A stretch of DNA of 64,000 bases, taken from Candidatus Eiseniibacteriota bacterium (GTDB taxonomy: Bacteria; Eisenbacteria; RBG-16-71-46; CAZAMP01). Shown here in pieces: positions 1-10,192 of the stretch; within the stretch, counting starts at the first letter, position 1, and each line of letters opens with the position of its first letter. Both the position numbers and the translations under genes were made by a program. The stretch spans positions 5,824,001-5,888,000 of the forward strand of contig OZ245046.1 of the NCBI GenBank assembly GCA_965224245.1, in the 5' to 3' direction. The notes under the pieces are model-generated. The model was not told the DNA's origin, did no database searches, and saw only the letters and a program-made list of their open reading frames with translations.

Positions 1-519
1 ATCGAGCCGCCGTGCGTGGTCGATCTGCAGTACGAGCTCACCGGCGTCGGCGTGTCGGTCGACGAGAGCTTCGAGTTTCAACCTCAGTGGCCGGTCCTGC
101 GCGAGGAGTACCGGTTCTCGGTCTCGCGCGAGCTGTGGCAGAAGGCCGCGGACGAGGGGCTGGCGTGGGAGTTCTCGGCGAGCTCCACGCCGAGAACCTG
201 GGAGCCCAAGCGCGCGGACACCACGGATTTCTTCACCTGGTACTGGGCGGAGAGCAACGTGGAGCCGTTGCCGGCGGGCGAGCCTGCGAGCCGCGCGAAG
301 ACCGTGACCGTCGAGGGCTACCTGCCGGCGCCGGCTCTGGCCGGCATCGATCCGGACGAGCTCCCGCAGCTGGAATCGCTCACCGAGATTCTCATGCTCG
401 AGGAGCGGCTGATCGACACGTACGAGGAGCGCGAGCGTGAGTTCGGGGGCCCCGGCGGCGTGTCGGAGTCCTCGACCGGATCCGGGGGAGCGTCGCTCCC
501 TCCGCGCGTTGGGAAGTGA
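1..519 (+). CDS. Hypothetical protein, 3' part (5' end outside window); weak resemblance to DUF3857 domain
   Basis: Frame open from base 1 (IEPPCVVDLQY...) to TGA at 519; pattern VVDLQY..FQ..WPV..Y..W..NVEPL..EP recalls DUF3857. Confidence 0.5.
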   Translation: MEPPCVVDLQYELTGVGVSVDESFEFQPQWPVLREEYRFSVSRELWQKAADEGLAWEFSASSTPRTWEPKRADTTDFFTWYWAESNVEPLPAGEPASRAKTVTVEGYLPAPALAGIDPDELPQLESLTEILMLEERLIDTYEEREREFGGPGGVSESSTGSGGASLPPRVGK

Positions 520-636
520 TCACCGCGGTCGATCCCGCTTCCGGCGTGTGGTAGCATCCGCCGCCGTTCGCGCGTCGTTGCCTCGTGACCACGACGCGGG
601 CTTCGAGCGACGCCCGCGAGCTTTCGGGAGAGCACC

Positions 637-1677
637 ATGAACCTCGAGCTGCTTTCAGAGATCTGCCAGACCCCCGGTGCGCCGGGCTCCGAGGACGAGA
701 TTCGCCGAGTCGTCATCCGGGAGCTCGAGCCGCTGGTCGACGAGCTCGAGGTGGACAATCTCGGAAACGTCATCGGCCGGCGAAAGGGGAAGCCCGGCAC
801 CAAGAAGCTGATGCTCGCGGCGCACATGGACGAGATCAGCTTCGTCGTGCGCCACATCGACGACAGCGGCTTCATCCGCGTCACGCCGCTCGGCGGCTTC
901 GATCCCAAGACGCTCACGGCGCAGCGCGTGTGGGTGCACACCCGTTCGGGTCCCATGCTGGGTGTCATGGGGACCAAGCCGATCCACATCCTCACCGAGG
1001 AGGAGCGGCGGGCCGGCCCGAAGCTCGATCACTACTTCGTGGATCTCGGCCTGACCGGCAAGGAGGTCGCGCGCAAGGTCCGGATCGGCGACGCGATCAC
1101 CCGTGAGCGCTCGTTCGAGAAGATCGGTCACATGGTCAACTCGAAGTCCCTGGACGATCGCGTCGGCGTGTTCGTGATGATCGAGGCGGTGCGCAAGGCC
1201 AAGCGGCACGGATGCGAGCTCTACGCGGTGGCCACGGTCCAGGAAGAGGTGGGCCTTCGCGGGGCCATCGCGGCCTCGCATCGGGTTCAGCCCGACATCG
1301 GCATCGCGCTGGACGTGACGCTGGCCAACGACGTCCCCGACGCGAAGCCGCACGACCGCGTGTCGGTGCTGGGGGGCGGAACGGCCATCAAGATTCTCGA
1401 TTCCAGCGTCATCGCGCATCGCAAGCTGGTCGACTACATGATCAAGGTCGCCGAGACCAAGAAGATCCCCCACCAGCTGGAGATCCTACCTGCCGGAGGC
1501 ACCGACACCGCGGCGATGCAGCGAGCAGGCGTCGGGTCGATCGCGGGATGCGTGTCGATCCCGTGCCGGTACGTACATTCGGTGATCGAGATGTGCCACA
1601 CCAAGGACATCCAGGCGTCCATCGACCTGCTCGCAGCCCTCGTGGCCGACGTACACAAGGCCAGGCTCTCCTGGTAG
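637..1677 (+). CDS. M42 family metalloaminopeptidase (TET/FrvX type)
   Basis: LAAHMDEI, LDDRVG, QEEVGLRGA, GGTD, RYVHS motifs; GGAGAG RBS. Confidence 0.95.
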   Translation: MNLELLSEICQTPGAPGSEDEIRRVVIRELEPLVDELEVDNLGNVIGRRKGKPGTKKLMLAAHMDEISFVVRHIDDSGFIRVTPLGGFDPKTLTAQRVWVHTRSGPMLGVMGTKPIHILTEEERRAGPKLDHYFVDLGLTGKEVARKVRIGDAITRERSFEKIGHMVNSKSLDDRVGVFVMIEAVRKAKRHGCELYAVATVQEEVGLRGAIAASHRVQPDIGIALDVTLANDVPDAKPHDRVSVLGGGTAIKILDSSVIAHRKLVDYMIKVAETKKIPHQLEILPAGGTDTAAMQRAGVGSIAGCVSIPCRYVHSVIEMCHTKDIQASIDLLAALVADVHKARLSW

Positions 1678-1846
1678 GCAAGAGATGCCCGGGCGCGCCC
1701 ACGCTCCCGGGGGCCTTTCCGGACGACGTTTGATATCCTCCCGGCTCGTCGTCGGCGGGTCGACGGCCTCTCGTAGCGTCGCCCCGCCCCGAGGAGTCGC
1801 AAACGTCGGGCGGCCCGCCCTCGACGGACGCCGAGGTGGGAGGTCC

Positions 1847-3745
1847 ATGGTCGCCGTTCTTCGAGCCGTCGTCGCGCTCGCCTTTGCGGCCGGCGCGTCG
1901 TCGGCGGTCGTACGCGTCGTGGACCCGTCCGGAGACGATTCGGCCTCCGGCACCGTCTCCGAGCCGTGGCGCACGATCGAGCTCGCGCTCACCCGGGTCA
2001 CGTCGGGCGACGTCGTGCTGCTCCGGGGCGGCGTCTACTCCGTGTTCAACCAGGGTGGGGTTGCCGGTCTCCGCGGCTGGAGCCCCGTCGAGCCCGGCGT
2101 CACGCTGGCCGCCTACCCCGGTGAGACCCCGATCGTCGACTACGACGGAATCTCGTTCGAACCGAACGCGCCGGCCATTCGTCTCGACACCGACGACGAC
2201 GGGTTCCGCATGTCCGGGATCACGTTCCGCGCGTGGGTGCACGCACTCGGCTCGGGATCGAACAGCGAGCACGTGCGCGTGGACGGCACCGACGCCCTCG
2301 AGATCGAGAGCTGCACGTGGGACAGCTGCGGCGCCGACTTCGGCACCGTCACCGTCACGTCCGCCGCCGGGGGGTCGCACGACGTCACCATCGCGGATTG
2401 TGCGTTCACCCGAAACGCCGACGACTGGCGGGCGTCGATCGTCCTCCACGGAGACGGAAACCCCGGTACCGACGAGATCTTCACCGTCCGCGACGGCCTG
2501 TTCAACGACGTGCGGGACCTTGCGCTGCCCGAGGGCGGACGGCCCGCCGTTCGCGTCTTCTCGGTCGACAGCCTCGTCGTGGAGGGGTGCTTCGGATACA
2601 ACGCGGGAGGCATCCGGACACCGACCACCGACGAGAGCGACTTCATCCACCTCACCTCCACCACCCGGGCCACGATCCGCGGCTGCGAGATGCGCCGCTA
2701 CGTCGGAGACTGGCAGTTCGAGGGCGAGGACCACCCGCTTCACCAGTGCGACGGCGTCGTTCTGTGGGACGGATGTTCGGACGTGCGGATCGAGGACTGC
2801 CTGTTCTGGGGCGCCGGGCACGGCGTGGAGGTGTTGCTCGGGTCCCACGACTTCACGATCGAGCGCGTGTACACGGACAGCACCTACGACGACGGCATCT
2901 ACGTCGACGCCACCTCCCATCATGGCGTGATCTCGGGCTGCGTCATCCATCATCCGTGGGACAACGGGATCGACCTGAAGGGTCAGTTCGTCGACGTGCG
3001 GCACAACACGCTCGTGCGCTGCTACTCGAACGCGCTCTCGGTCTGGGGAACCTGCGAATCGGTCAAGGTGCTCGACAACTGCGTCTACGATCTCCTGGCC
3101 GGGCCCGCGTCGTTCTTCGGCAACGAGGGCAGCACCTTCGACCAGGCGGACGGCGTTGCGTGGGACTACAACCTGTACTTCTCACCCGACGCGGACGAGG
3201 TGTGGTTCCAGGTCTGCGACCCGGTCTGTCGGGCCGTCGTATGGAGCGACTGGACCGGCGCCTGGGCGCACGACGCGAACGGCCACTTCGACGACCCGCT
3301 CTTCGTCGATCCGGACGGGCGGGGGTATCCGCTCGGCTCGACGAGTTTCATGCTCGGCGAGGGATCTCCGGGACGGGACGCGGCCAGCGACGGACTCGAC
3401 GTCGGGGCGATCCAGCGTCCCGTCACCGGGGTCGGTCCGGGCTCCGGGCAGCATCCCGTTCTGAGCCTGGCTCTCCGCACGCGCAATCCGTTCACCACCG
3501 GCATCGCATTCGAGGTGCTGGGGCAGGGGACGGGACCGGAAGCGCGGGGCGCCCTGGTGATCGACGTGATCGACGTGTCGGGACGTGTCGTGCGGCGGCT
3601 CGTGCGTGGGGCCGCGGCCGACGCCGGACTCGTGTGGTGGGACGGCACCGACGATGGGGGGCGCACGGTGGCGTCGGGCGTGTACGTGGTTCGCGCGACC
3701 GTGGACACGCGCGTCCGGTCGCGTCGGGTGGTCCGGCTACGCTGA
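1847..3745 (+). CDS. Secreted right-handed parallel beta-helix protein with C-terminal FlgD Ig-like domain
   Basis: GGGAGG RBS before ATG 1847; signal peptide; GDDSASGT..PWRTI start motif; DGI/NT beta-helix repeats; NPF..IDVSGRVVRRL..WDGTDDGG..SGVY tail. Confidence 0.8.
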   Translation: MVAVLRAVVALAFAAGASSAVVRVVDPSGDDSASGTVSEPWRTIELALTRVTSGDVVLLRGGVYSVFNQGGVAGLRGWSPVEPGVTLAAYPGETPIVDYDGISFEPNAPAIRLDTDDDGFRMSGITFRAWVHALGSGSNSEHVRVDGTDALEIESCTWDSCGADFGTVTVTSAAGGSHDVTIADCAFTRNADDWRASIVLHGDGNPGTDEIFTVRDGLFNDVRDLALPEGGRPAVRVFSVDSLVVEGCFGYNAGGIRTPTTDESDFIHLTSTTRATIRGCEMRRYVGDWQFEGEDHPLHQCDGVVLWDGCSDVRIEDCLFWGAGHGVEVLLGSHDFTIERVYTDSTYDDGIYVDATSHHGVISGCVIHHPWDNGIDLKGQFVDVRHNTLVRCYSNALSVWGTCESVKVLDNCVYDLLAGPASFFGNEGSTFDQADGVAWDYNLYFSPDADEVWFQVCDPVCRAVVWSDWTGAWAHDANGHFDDPLFVDPDGRGYPLGSTSFMLGEGSPGRDAASDGLDVGAIQRPVTGVGPGSGQHPVLSLALRTRNPFTTGIAFEVLGQGTGPEARGALVIDVIDVSGRVVRRLVRGAAADAGLVWWDGTDDGGRTVASGVYVVRATVDTRVRSRRVVRLR

Positions 3746-3803
3746 ACGGTCGGCCGAGGCGCTCGGCGACCGTGCCGCCGGTCGGATGGGCGCGAAGACG
3801 GGG

Positions 3804-6455
3804 CTACGACGTCGGCTGCGGGAGCCTCCGCGCGACCGACACGATCCGGAGACGCCGCGGACCATCTTCCAGCGGCACCGTGACCTCGTCGCCCACCTTG
3901 TGGCCACGCAGCGCGGCGCCCAGCGGGGCCCGGTACGAGATCACGTCGTTTCCGAGGAAGGTGTCGCCCTCGCCCAGGATCCAGTACGTGTGCGTGGACC
4001 CGTCGGCCAGGTCCTCGGTCACGACCTCTCGACCCGGTCCGGCCACCGTGTCGTCGAGGGCCATCTCCTCGATCGCGCGGGCCTGGGAGATGAGCTGCTG
4101 GAGCTGCTGCACCCGCTGACCGAACTGGCGCTGCTTGTCCTTGGCGGCGTGGTACTCGGCGTTCTCCTTCAGATCGCCCAGCTCCATCGCGCGGCGGATC
4201 GTGGCCGGGAGCGTGGTCTTGAGGGCCGTCTCCAGCTCCAGGATCTCGTCCCGAAGTCGTTCCATGCCGGCGCGCGTCATGAAGATGCCGGCCTCGCCCT
4301 CGTCGGCGTCCCCGCGCACGACGAACTCGGCCGACTTCTCGGAGCGGTCGCGGTGCACCTCCTCGACCACGTTCCGGGCTCCGGCCATCTCGATGAAGTC
4401 CAGGATCGGGAAGAGCAGGCGATCGGTCGTGCGCCAGGACGTCAGCTGGGTGACCAGGAGCTGGTGACCCTCGTCGTCGATCGGGTGGTCGGCCAGGACC
4501 TTCACGAACGGACCGCTCAGCTTGAGCTGAGCGAGAGCCTGACGGCGCGGCGGCTCCTTTGCCGCGCCGTGAATGATGGCGATCAGCGCACGTAGCGCGA
4601 ACCAGGGATCCTCGATCGCGACCGGGACCGCGTCGGGCGCCGAGACCGCGAACTCCACGAGTCCCAGGATCCGGTTGGCGTCCTGGGGCGACCGGCTGAA
4701 GAGCTCGCGCACGAAGCGACGGACCTCGTCGGGCGGCTCGCCGCCCAGCAGCTCGGCCGCGTGACGCCGGACGTTCTCGTGGCGCGACGGGAACGCGGCG
4801 AGGGCGGCTACCATCGTCAGTCCCATGTCGTGGGCGACGTCGACGAGCTCCATCTGCTCGACGTCCAGCGACGTGAACGAGAAGTCGCCCCCTGCGGCGA
4901 GGAGCTCGCGCAGCTCCTCGCGGAACGACTGATCGAGCCCCCGATCCCAGCGACGCAGCACGGCCAGGATGTGCACGCGCGCCTCGTGGCGCTGGCTGGT
5001 GCCCAGCCACTGGGCCAGCCGGGGGCGGTACACGCGGCGGGCCTCACTCTCGGCCTCGGGATGCTGGATCAGGAAGTGGTGGATCATCTCGAGGTTCTGA
5101 TGGAGGTCCGAGCGCTCCTGGATCGGCGGGAGCAGGGACGCATCGCCGGCGGCGTCGGCCACCCGGTAGACCCGGCGGAACGTCTGGCTGGTGTCGATGC
5201 GGGCGTCGTCCTTCGCGGCGGTCGTCGCCCTCTTCCACCACGCAGGCCAGGACTGCGCCGACATGACCCGCGGCACGAGCTGCTTGCGAACGTCGGCGCT
5301 CGACGCCTCGCCGCCGGCCTTGACCAGCGCCAGGCTCAGGAGCTCGACCGGGTCCTTCTTGGCCATCGTCTTGATCCCGTCGAGATCGGTGAGGATCTTC
5401 GTCATCAGATCGTCGGGGGGGAGGATGTCCAGGGAGCGCTCGGCGATGCTGAGGCTCATCCGATGTCCGCTCTTCTCGTCGAAGTCGATGACGAGGCTGT
5501 CGCCGTCGTTGTCCTTGATCGTGCCGGCGCCGAAGCCCTGGTGAATGACGAGCAAGCCGGGTGCGAACTTGAGCAATCGATCGTACTCCTTGAGCGCCGT
5601 CTTCGCCGGCACGTCGCTGTTGCCCAACCCACTGCGCTCGAGGATCTGCTCGATCGATGCCAGGCTTCGATGTCGATGCGTCGCCACGGTCGTGGCGAAG
5701 GCGCGGATCTTCCGTGTGGATTGGCCGATCTCCATCAGTCGCCGGAGCGAGTCCCAGACGGTGTCGAGCATGCCGAGCGGAGCGAGGTGCTCCATGCCCA
5801 TCTCGAGGAAGCTGTTGAGCGGCTTCGGCTCGCCGTGCTTGGCGAGGTGGGTGACCGCGTCCCAGATCTGCTCCCAGTGATCGGCGTCGGGCGTCTCGAT
5901 GACCTGGAGGATGGCCTCCTCGACGCGCTCGACCGCCTTGGCTCGGGCCCATCCGGGCGCCGCGGCGGCAAAGAAGCTGTCGGCGTTGCCCTCGCCCGCG
6001 TCGGCCAGGCGCGTGCCCTTCAGCCACAACAGGCGGTGGCTGTCCGGCGCCAGCTCCAGCGCCCGGTCCAGTGTCCCTTCCGGGAGGACGTCCACGCTGC
6101 CCTCCTCGCCGGCCCGGGCCACGTAGCGGCAGAAGCCGGGATCGCCGGCCAGGTCGGCGATCCCGATGGCCAGCCGCCCCAGCGCGGCCCACTCGCCCTG
6201 CTGATTGAGGTTCTCCAGGGTGGCCGCGAGCCGCTCGGCGTAGATGGGGTCGGTCCCGTCGAGCGCCGCCATCAACGTGAACGCGAAGCGAAGCTGGGGC
6301 GTGGCGCCGCCATCGGCGGCGGCCTCCGACAGCTCCTGGAGATCCTCCGAGATCGTCCCGGCCGACAGCGAGCCGCGGACCGCGTCCATGAGCGAGTCGA
6401 TGAGGGACTCGTCCCAGCCCGTGGCGCTTCGCAGCTGGATGATCAGCGTCTCCAT
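3804..6455 (-). CDS. greA: GreA/GreB transcription elongation factor with ~730-aa N-terminal extension
   Basis: C-terminal AMELGDLKENAEYHAAK and ISYRAPLGAALRG motifs; GGAGG RBS before ATG 6455. Confidence 0.85.
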   Translation of the reverse strand: METLIIQLRSATGWDESLIDSLMDAVRGSLSAGTISEDLQELSEAAADGGATPQLRFAFTLMAALDGTDPIYAERLAATLENLNQQGEWAALGRLAIGIADLAGDPGFCRYVARAGEEGSVDVLPEGTLDRALELAPDSHRLLWLKGTRLADAGEGNADSFFAAAAPGWARAKAVERVEEAILQVIETPDADHWEQIWDAVTHLAKHGEPKPLNSFLEMGMEHLAPLGMLDTVWDSLRRLMEIGQSTRKIRAFATTVATHRHRSLASIEQILERSGLGNSDVPAKTALKEYDRLLKFAPGLLVIHQGFGAGTIKDNDGDSLVIDFDEKSGHRMSLSIAERSLDILPPDDLMTKILTDLDGIKTMAKKDPVELLSLALVKAGGEASSADVRKQLVPRVMSAQSWPAWWKRATTAAKDDARIDTSQTFRRVYRVADAAGDASLLPPIQERSDLHQNLEMIHHFLIQHPEAESEARRVYRPRLAQWLGTSQRHEARVHILAVLRRWDRGLDQSFREELRELLAAGGDFSFTSLDVEQMELVDVAHDMGLTMVAALAAFPSRHENVRRHAAELLGGEPPDEVRRFVRELFSRSPQDANRILGLVEFAVSAPDAVPVAIEDPWFALRALIAIIHGAAKEPPRRQALAQLKLSGPFVKVLADHPIDDEGHQLLVTQLTSWRTTDRLLFPILDFIEMAGARNVVEEVHRDRSEKSAEFVVRGDADEGEAGIFMTRAGMERLRDEILELETALKTTLPATIRRAMELGDLKENAEYHAAKDKQRQFGQRVQQLQQLISQARAIEEMALDDTVAGPGREVVTEDLADGSTHTYWILGEGDTFLGNDVISYRAPLGAALRGHKVGDEVTVPLEDGPRRLRIVSVARRLPQPTS

Positions 6456-6610
6456 CCGGACGACCTCCAACGATATGGGCCTGTTGAACGGCGGAGCATG
6501 ATGCCAGAAAGCCCGCGCGGGCGCAACGGACGTGGACCGCCCGCCCGGGCATCACGGCCGTCGCCCCGGGCCGGGTTGTCACGCGCGTCGATTTGCCGAT
6601 AATGCGTCGG

Positions 6611-8131
6611 ATGAGCATGACGACACCCCCCACCCCGGTCCACGTCGGCGCCGGGGGACGCCGCGCGCGCCGCGCCGCCCCGCTCGGAATGGGCCTCTTC
6701 GTCGCACTGGCCGGTGCGGTGGCGCTCTCCCAGTACTGGGGCTACGCGGGCGACGACACGTTCATCCATCTCCAGTATGCCCGCAACATCGCTTCCGGCA
6801 ACGGGTTCGCGTTCAACCCGGGCGAGCCGTCCTATGGCTCGACGAGCCCCCTGTGGACGATCCTGATCGCCGGCGGGGGCCAGCTCGCGGGCGGGCGCTT
6901 CTACCTGGCCGCCAAGGTGCTGTCGGCGCTGGCCTACGTCGGTGCCGTGGTCGCCGTGTTCGTGCTGGCCCGGCGCGTGACGCCCGGCCGCGTACCGCCG
7001 CTCTGCGCCGCGGCGCTGGTCGCGTTCGATCCATGGATGCTGAAGTGGGGGGCCAGCGGCATGGAGACCTCGCTGGCGGTGGCGCTGGCGGTGAGCGCGG
7101 TCACGATGCACCTCGTGCGTCGCAACGAGGGGGGGATCCCGGCCTCGGCCTTCCTCCTCGGGATCGCGACCCTGGTCCGCCCGGAGCTCGTGGGGCTGTT
7201 CCTGGTGTGCACCGTCGATCGAGTGTTCTTCGCGCGGCGCCCCCTGTACGAGAGCGCGTTCGGGGTATTCCTGTTCCTGGTGCCGCTCCTGCCGTGGGCG
7301 CTGTTCGCCCTGTCCACGTTCGGCGACGTCGTGCCGACGACGATCCATGCGAAGGCCGGGCACACGTCCTGGATCGATGCGGCCACGCGCACGGTCAAGA
7401 TCCTGGGCTCCTCGATGGTGCCGCTGACGCTGCTCGGCGTGGCCGGCGCGATCGCCGCGCTCCGGCGGCCGGTCCCGTGGGCGGCGCGCCTCCGGTGGGT
7501 GACGGACCGGACAGCCGTCTGGGGCTGGGCGTTCGGGCTGCCGGTCGCCTACGTCCTCACCGAGAGCTACGTCGCGTCGCGCTATCTCCTCCTGTGTACG
7601 CCCTTCTTGGCGGTGCTGGTGGTGGCCGCGCTCGACGCCATCCCCGAGCGACACCGCTCGCGCGTCGCCCTGGCCACGATCGTCGCCTCCCTCGCGGGCT
7701 CGATCCTCGTACAGGCGCAGGTGGTCTATCCCCGCACCCGCTTCGTCCGCGGCGTCGACGAGAGCCTGATCGCGATCGGGGACTGGCTGCGGAGCCGGAC
7801 CGACGAGAACGCCGTCGTCGCCGTCCACGAGGTGGGCGCCGTCGGCTTCTTCGCCGAGCGCCGCGTGATCGATACCGCGGGGCTCGTCACCCCGGGAGTG
7901 CTGCCCTACGTGACCTCGTACCGGGTGGCGGACTACCTGATCGAGGCGCGACCCGACTACTACGTCTCGAGCGGGGACGACCGCATCGATCGACAGGTCT
8001 TCGAGTCTCTCGGCTCGCGTCTCAACGTCGTGTTCGAGACGACCGTCCAGCGCGGGGGATCCTCGGCGCGGTTCGCCGAGCCCATGCCGATGGCGGTGTA
8101 CGCGTTCGACTGGGAGTCCCCGCCGAGCTGA
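6611..8131 (+). CDS. Polytopic membrane protein, probable GT-C fold glycosyltransferase
   Basis: GDDTFIHLQYARN..G.G..FNPGE..GSTSPLW loop, SGMET, RPE, SRY motifs; many TM helices; start approximate. Confidence 0.75.
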   Translation: MSMTTPPTPVHVGAGGRRARRAAPLGMGLFVALAGAVALSQYWGYAGDDTFIHLQYARNIASGNGFAFNPGEPSYGSTSPLWTILIAGGGQLAGGRFYLAAKVLSALAYVGAVVAVFVLARRVTPGRVPPLCAAALVAFDPWMLKWGASGMETSLAVALAVSAVTMHLVRRNEGGIPASAFLLGIATLVRPELVGLFLVCTVDRVFFARRPLYESAFGVFLFLVPLLPWALFALSTFGDVVPTTIHAKAGHTSWIDAATRTVKILGSSMVPLTLLGVAGAIAALRRPVPWAARLRWVTDRTAVWGWAFGLPVAYVLTESYVASRYLLLCTPFLAVLVVAALDAIPERHRSRVALATIVASLAGSILVQAQVVYPRTRFVRGVDESLIAIGDWLRSRTDENAVVAVHEVGAVGFFAERRVIDTAGLVTPGVLPYVTSYRVADYLIEARPDYYVSSGDDRIDRQVFESLGSRLNVVFETTVQRGGSSARFAEPMPMAVYAFDWESPPS

Positions 8132-8208
8132 ACGGACGTCGACCCGCTCGGCAGGCCGGTCCCGCGAGGCCGGCGGACCCCGGCGCGCGCGGGGACGAAC
8201 GATGTGGT

Positions 8209-8214
8209 TATAAT
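8209..8214 (+). promoter_or_regulatory. Putative sigma-70 -10 element
   Basis: Exact TATAAT in GC-rich intergenic DNA ~65 bp upstream of ATG 8277. Confidence 0.45.
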
Positions 8215-8276
8215 GCCCGCCCGAGAAACGGAACCCGAGCGCCGGCTCCCCGGGCGTGGAAGGAGCGATCGGATCG

Positions 8277-10154
8277 ATGGGAACGAGATTCTACAGGCCC
8301 GCCGCGCTGGTCACCGCGCTCGCGCTGGCCGTCTGCGCCTGCGACCGCGACCGGAAGCCGGAGACCGGGTTCGAGGCGGACTCGCGACCGACCTTCCAGG
8401 CCCACGATCCGTACGAGGAGCTGAGCCTCGTCGACTGGCGCCCGTGGAGCGACGATCTGTTCGGGAAGTCCAGGAAGCCGGTCCTGCTGGACATCAGCGG
8501 CAAGTGGTGCCACTGGTGCCATCTCTACGACGAGACCGTCTACGCGAACCGTGAGCTCGCCCGGTACATCTCCGAGCACTTCGTCCCCGTGCGGGTGGAT
8601 CCCGATGCGCGACCCGACATCGACTCCCGGTACAACCACGGCGGCTGGCCCACCCTGGTCGTGCTGACCCCCGACGGCGACGTCATCCGCGGCACGACGT
8701 ACGATCCGGACGGCGTGCAGGCGTTTCTCGAGCGGGCGCTCGAGGGCTACGCATCCATCGCCGACTCGACCCGCACGCAGATGCTCGAGGCGAGGCGCAA
8801 GCTCGCCGAGGCACAGCCGTTCCTGCGCGAGCAGAGCGAGCTGGACGGCGACGTGCGCCGGAAGGTCGTCACGGGGCTCCGGCGGGTCCTGGATACCGAC
8901 TACGGTGGCTTCTCGGGCATCGCGGGCGGTAATCGGAAGCTGGCCTCGGCGGGCGTGCTGGCCGTCATGCTGCGCGAGATCGACCCCCTGTCGGCGATCG
9001 ATCCGGCGTTTCAGACCTGGCTGGAGGTCACGTGCACCACGATGGCGCGCGGCGCCGTGCACGATCACATGTTCGGGGGGTTCTTCCGCTCCACCGAGGA
9101 TCGGGCCTGGTCGATCCCGCACTTCGAGAAGCTCCTGTCGGTCCAGGCCGACATGATCGATCTCTACGTCCTCGCCGCGCGCCGCTGGGACGATCCGCTG
9201 CACCGTGACGCGGTCCGCTCGACGGTCGACTTCGTGATGACGACGCTGGCCAACCCCGACGGGGTCACGTTCGCGAACGCCGTCGATCCCGACCTCGGCC
9301 CCGGTGACGACGGCAGCTTCTACACCTGGACCGTGTCCGAGGTGGACTCGCTGGTGAGCCCCGAGGAGGCGCAGGTCTTCAAGTTCCACTACGGGATCGC
9401 CCCCTCGGGAGAGGTGCCGACGAGCCCCGATCGGAACACGATCTACGAGACGTACTCGATCGACGAGGCGGCCCAGCGTCTCGGAATGGAGACCGCGACG
9501 TACGCCGCGGTGCTCGAGCGTGCGACGACGCGCCTTCGTGCCGCGCGCACCAGCGGCCCGCGACCGCGCGTCGACACGAACGCCTACGCCGCGGCCAACC
9601 TGCGCGTCGCGTCGGCGCTCCTGGGCGCGTCCCAGGTTCTCGACGAGGTGAGCTACCGCGAGCGCGCCATCGCCACCATCGACTTCTTCACCACTGCGAG
9701 CGGAGACTGGGGCACCGGCATCCCGCACGGATACGACGGGAAACGGTTCGTGGGCCCCAACGTGCTCGAGGATCAGGTGGCCGGGCTCGAGGCGTTGATT
9801 CGCGCCTACGCCGTCACGGACGACGACTCGTACCTGGCCCGCGCGAGGGAGCTCGAGGCCAGGATCCGGCTCGCGTATGCGAACGACGTCGCCGGTGTGT
9901 TCTGGGACGTGCCGATCATCGCCACCGGACCCGGTCGCCTGATGCTGAAGGACCGGCCCCTGACGTTGAACGTCCGCATGGCCGATTGTCTGATGGACCT
10001 CTACGCGGCCACGCTGGAGGACACCTACAAGCAGCTCGCCGAGCGCACGTTGGAGTCGTTCGCGCAGTCGTTCAGCCAGTCGGGTGTCGAGTCGATCCGC
10101 TACGCCAACGCCGTGCACCGGCTGCTCTGGGAGCTGCGCGCCCGCTCGAGCTGA
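8277..10154 (+). CDS. Thioredoxin-domain DUF255/YyaL-like protein with predicted lipoprotein signal
   Basis: WCHWCH, GGWPT, GGFFR, PHFEKLL, GSFYTWT motifs; N-terminal LALAVCAC; AAGGAG RBS. Confidence 0.85.
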   Translation: MGTRFYRPAALVTALALAVCACDRDRKPETGFEADSRPTFQAHDPYEELSLVDWRPWSDDLFGKSRKPVLLDISGKWCHWCHLYDETVYANRELARYISEHFVPVRVDPDARPDIDSRYNHGGWPTLVVLTPDGDVIRGTTYDPDGVQAFLERALEGYASIADSTRTQMLEARRKLAEAQPFLREQSELDGDVRRKVVTGLRRVLDTDYGGFSGIAGGNRKLASAGVLAVMLREIDPLSAIDPAFQTWLEVTCTTMARGAVHDHMFGGFFRSTEDRAWSIPHFEKLLSVQADMIDLYVLAARRWDDPLHRDAVRSTVDFVMTTLANPDGVTFANAVDPDLGPGDDGSFYTWTVSEVDSLVSPEEAQVFKFHYGIAPSGEVPTSPDRNTIYETYSIDEAAQRLGMETATYAAVLERATTRLRAARTSGPRPRVDTNAYAAANLRVASALLGASQVLDEVSYRERAIATIDFFTTASGDWGTGIPHGYDGKRFVGPNVLEDQVAGLEALIRAYAVTDDDSYLARARELEARIRLAYANDVAGVFWDVPIIATGPGRLMLKDRPLTLNVRMADCLMDLYAATLEDTYKQLAERTLESFAQSFSQSGVESIRYANAVHRLLWELRARSS

Positions 10155-10192
10155 CCGCCGCCGCGGGGCCGTTCGACGACAGGAGTGTTTCA

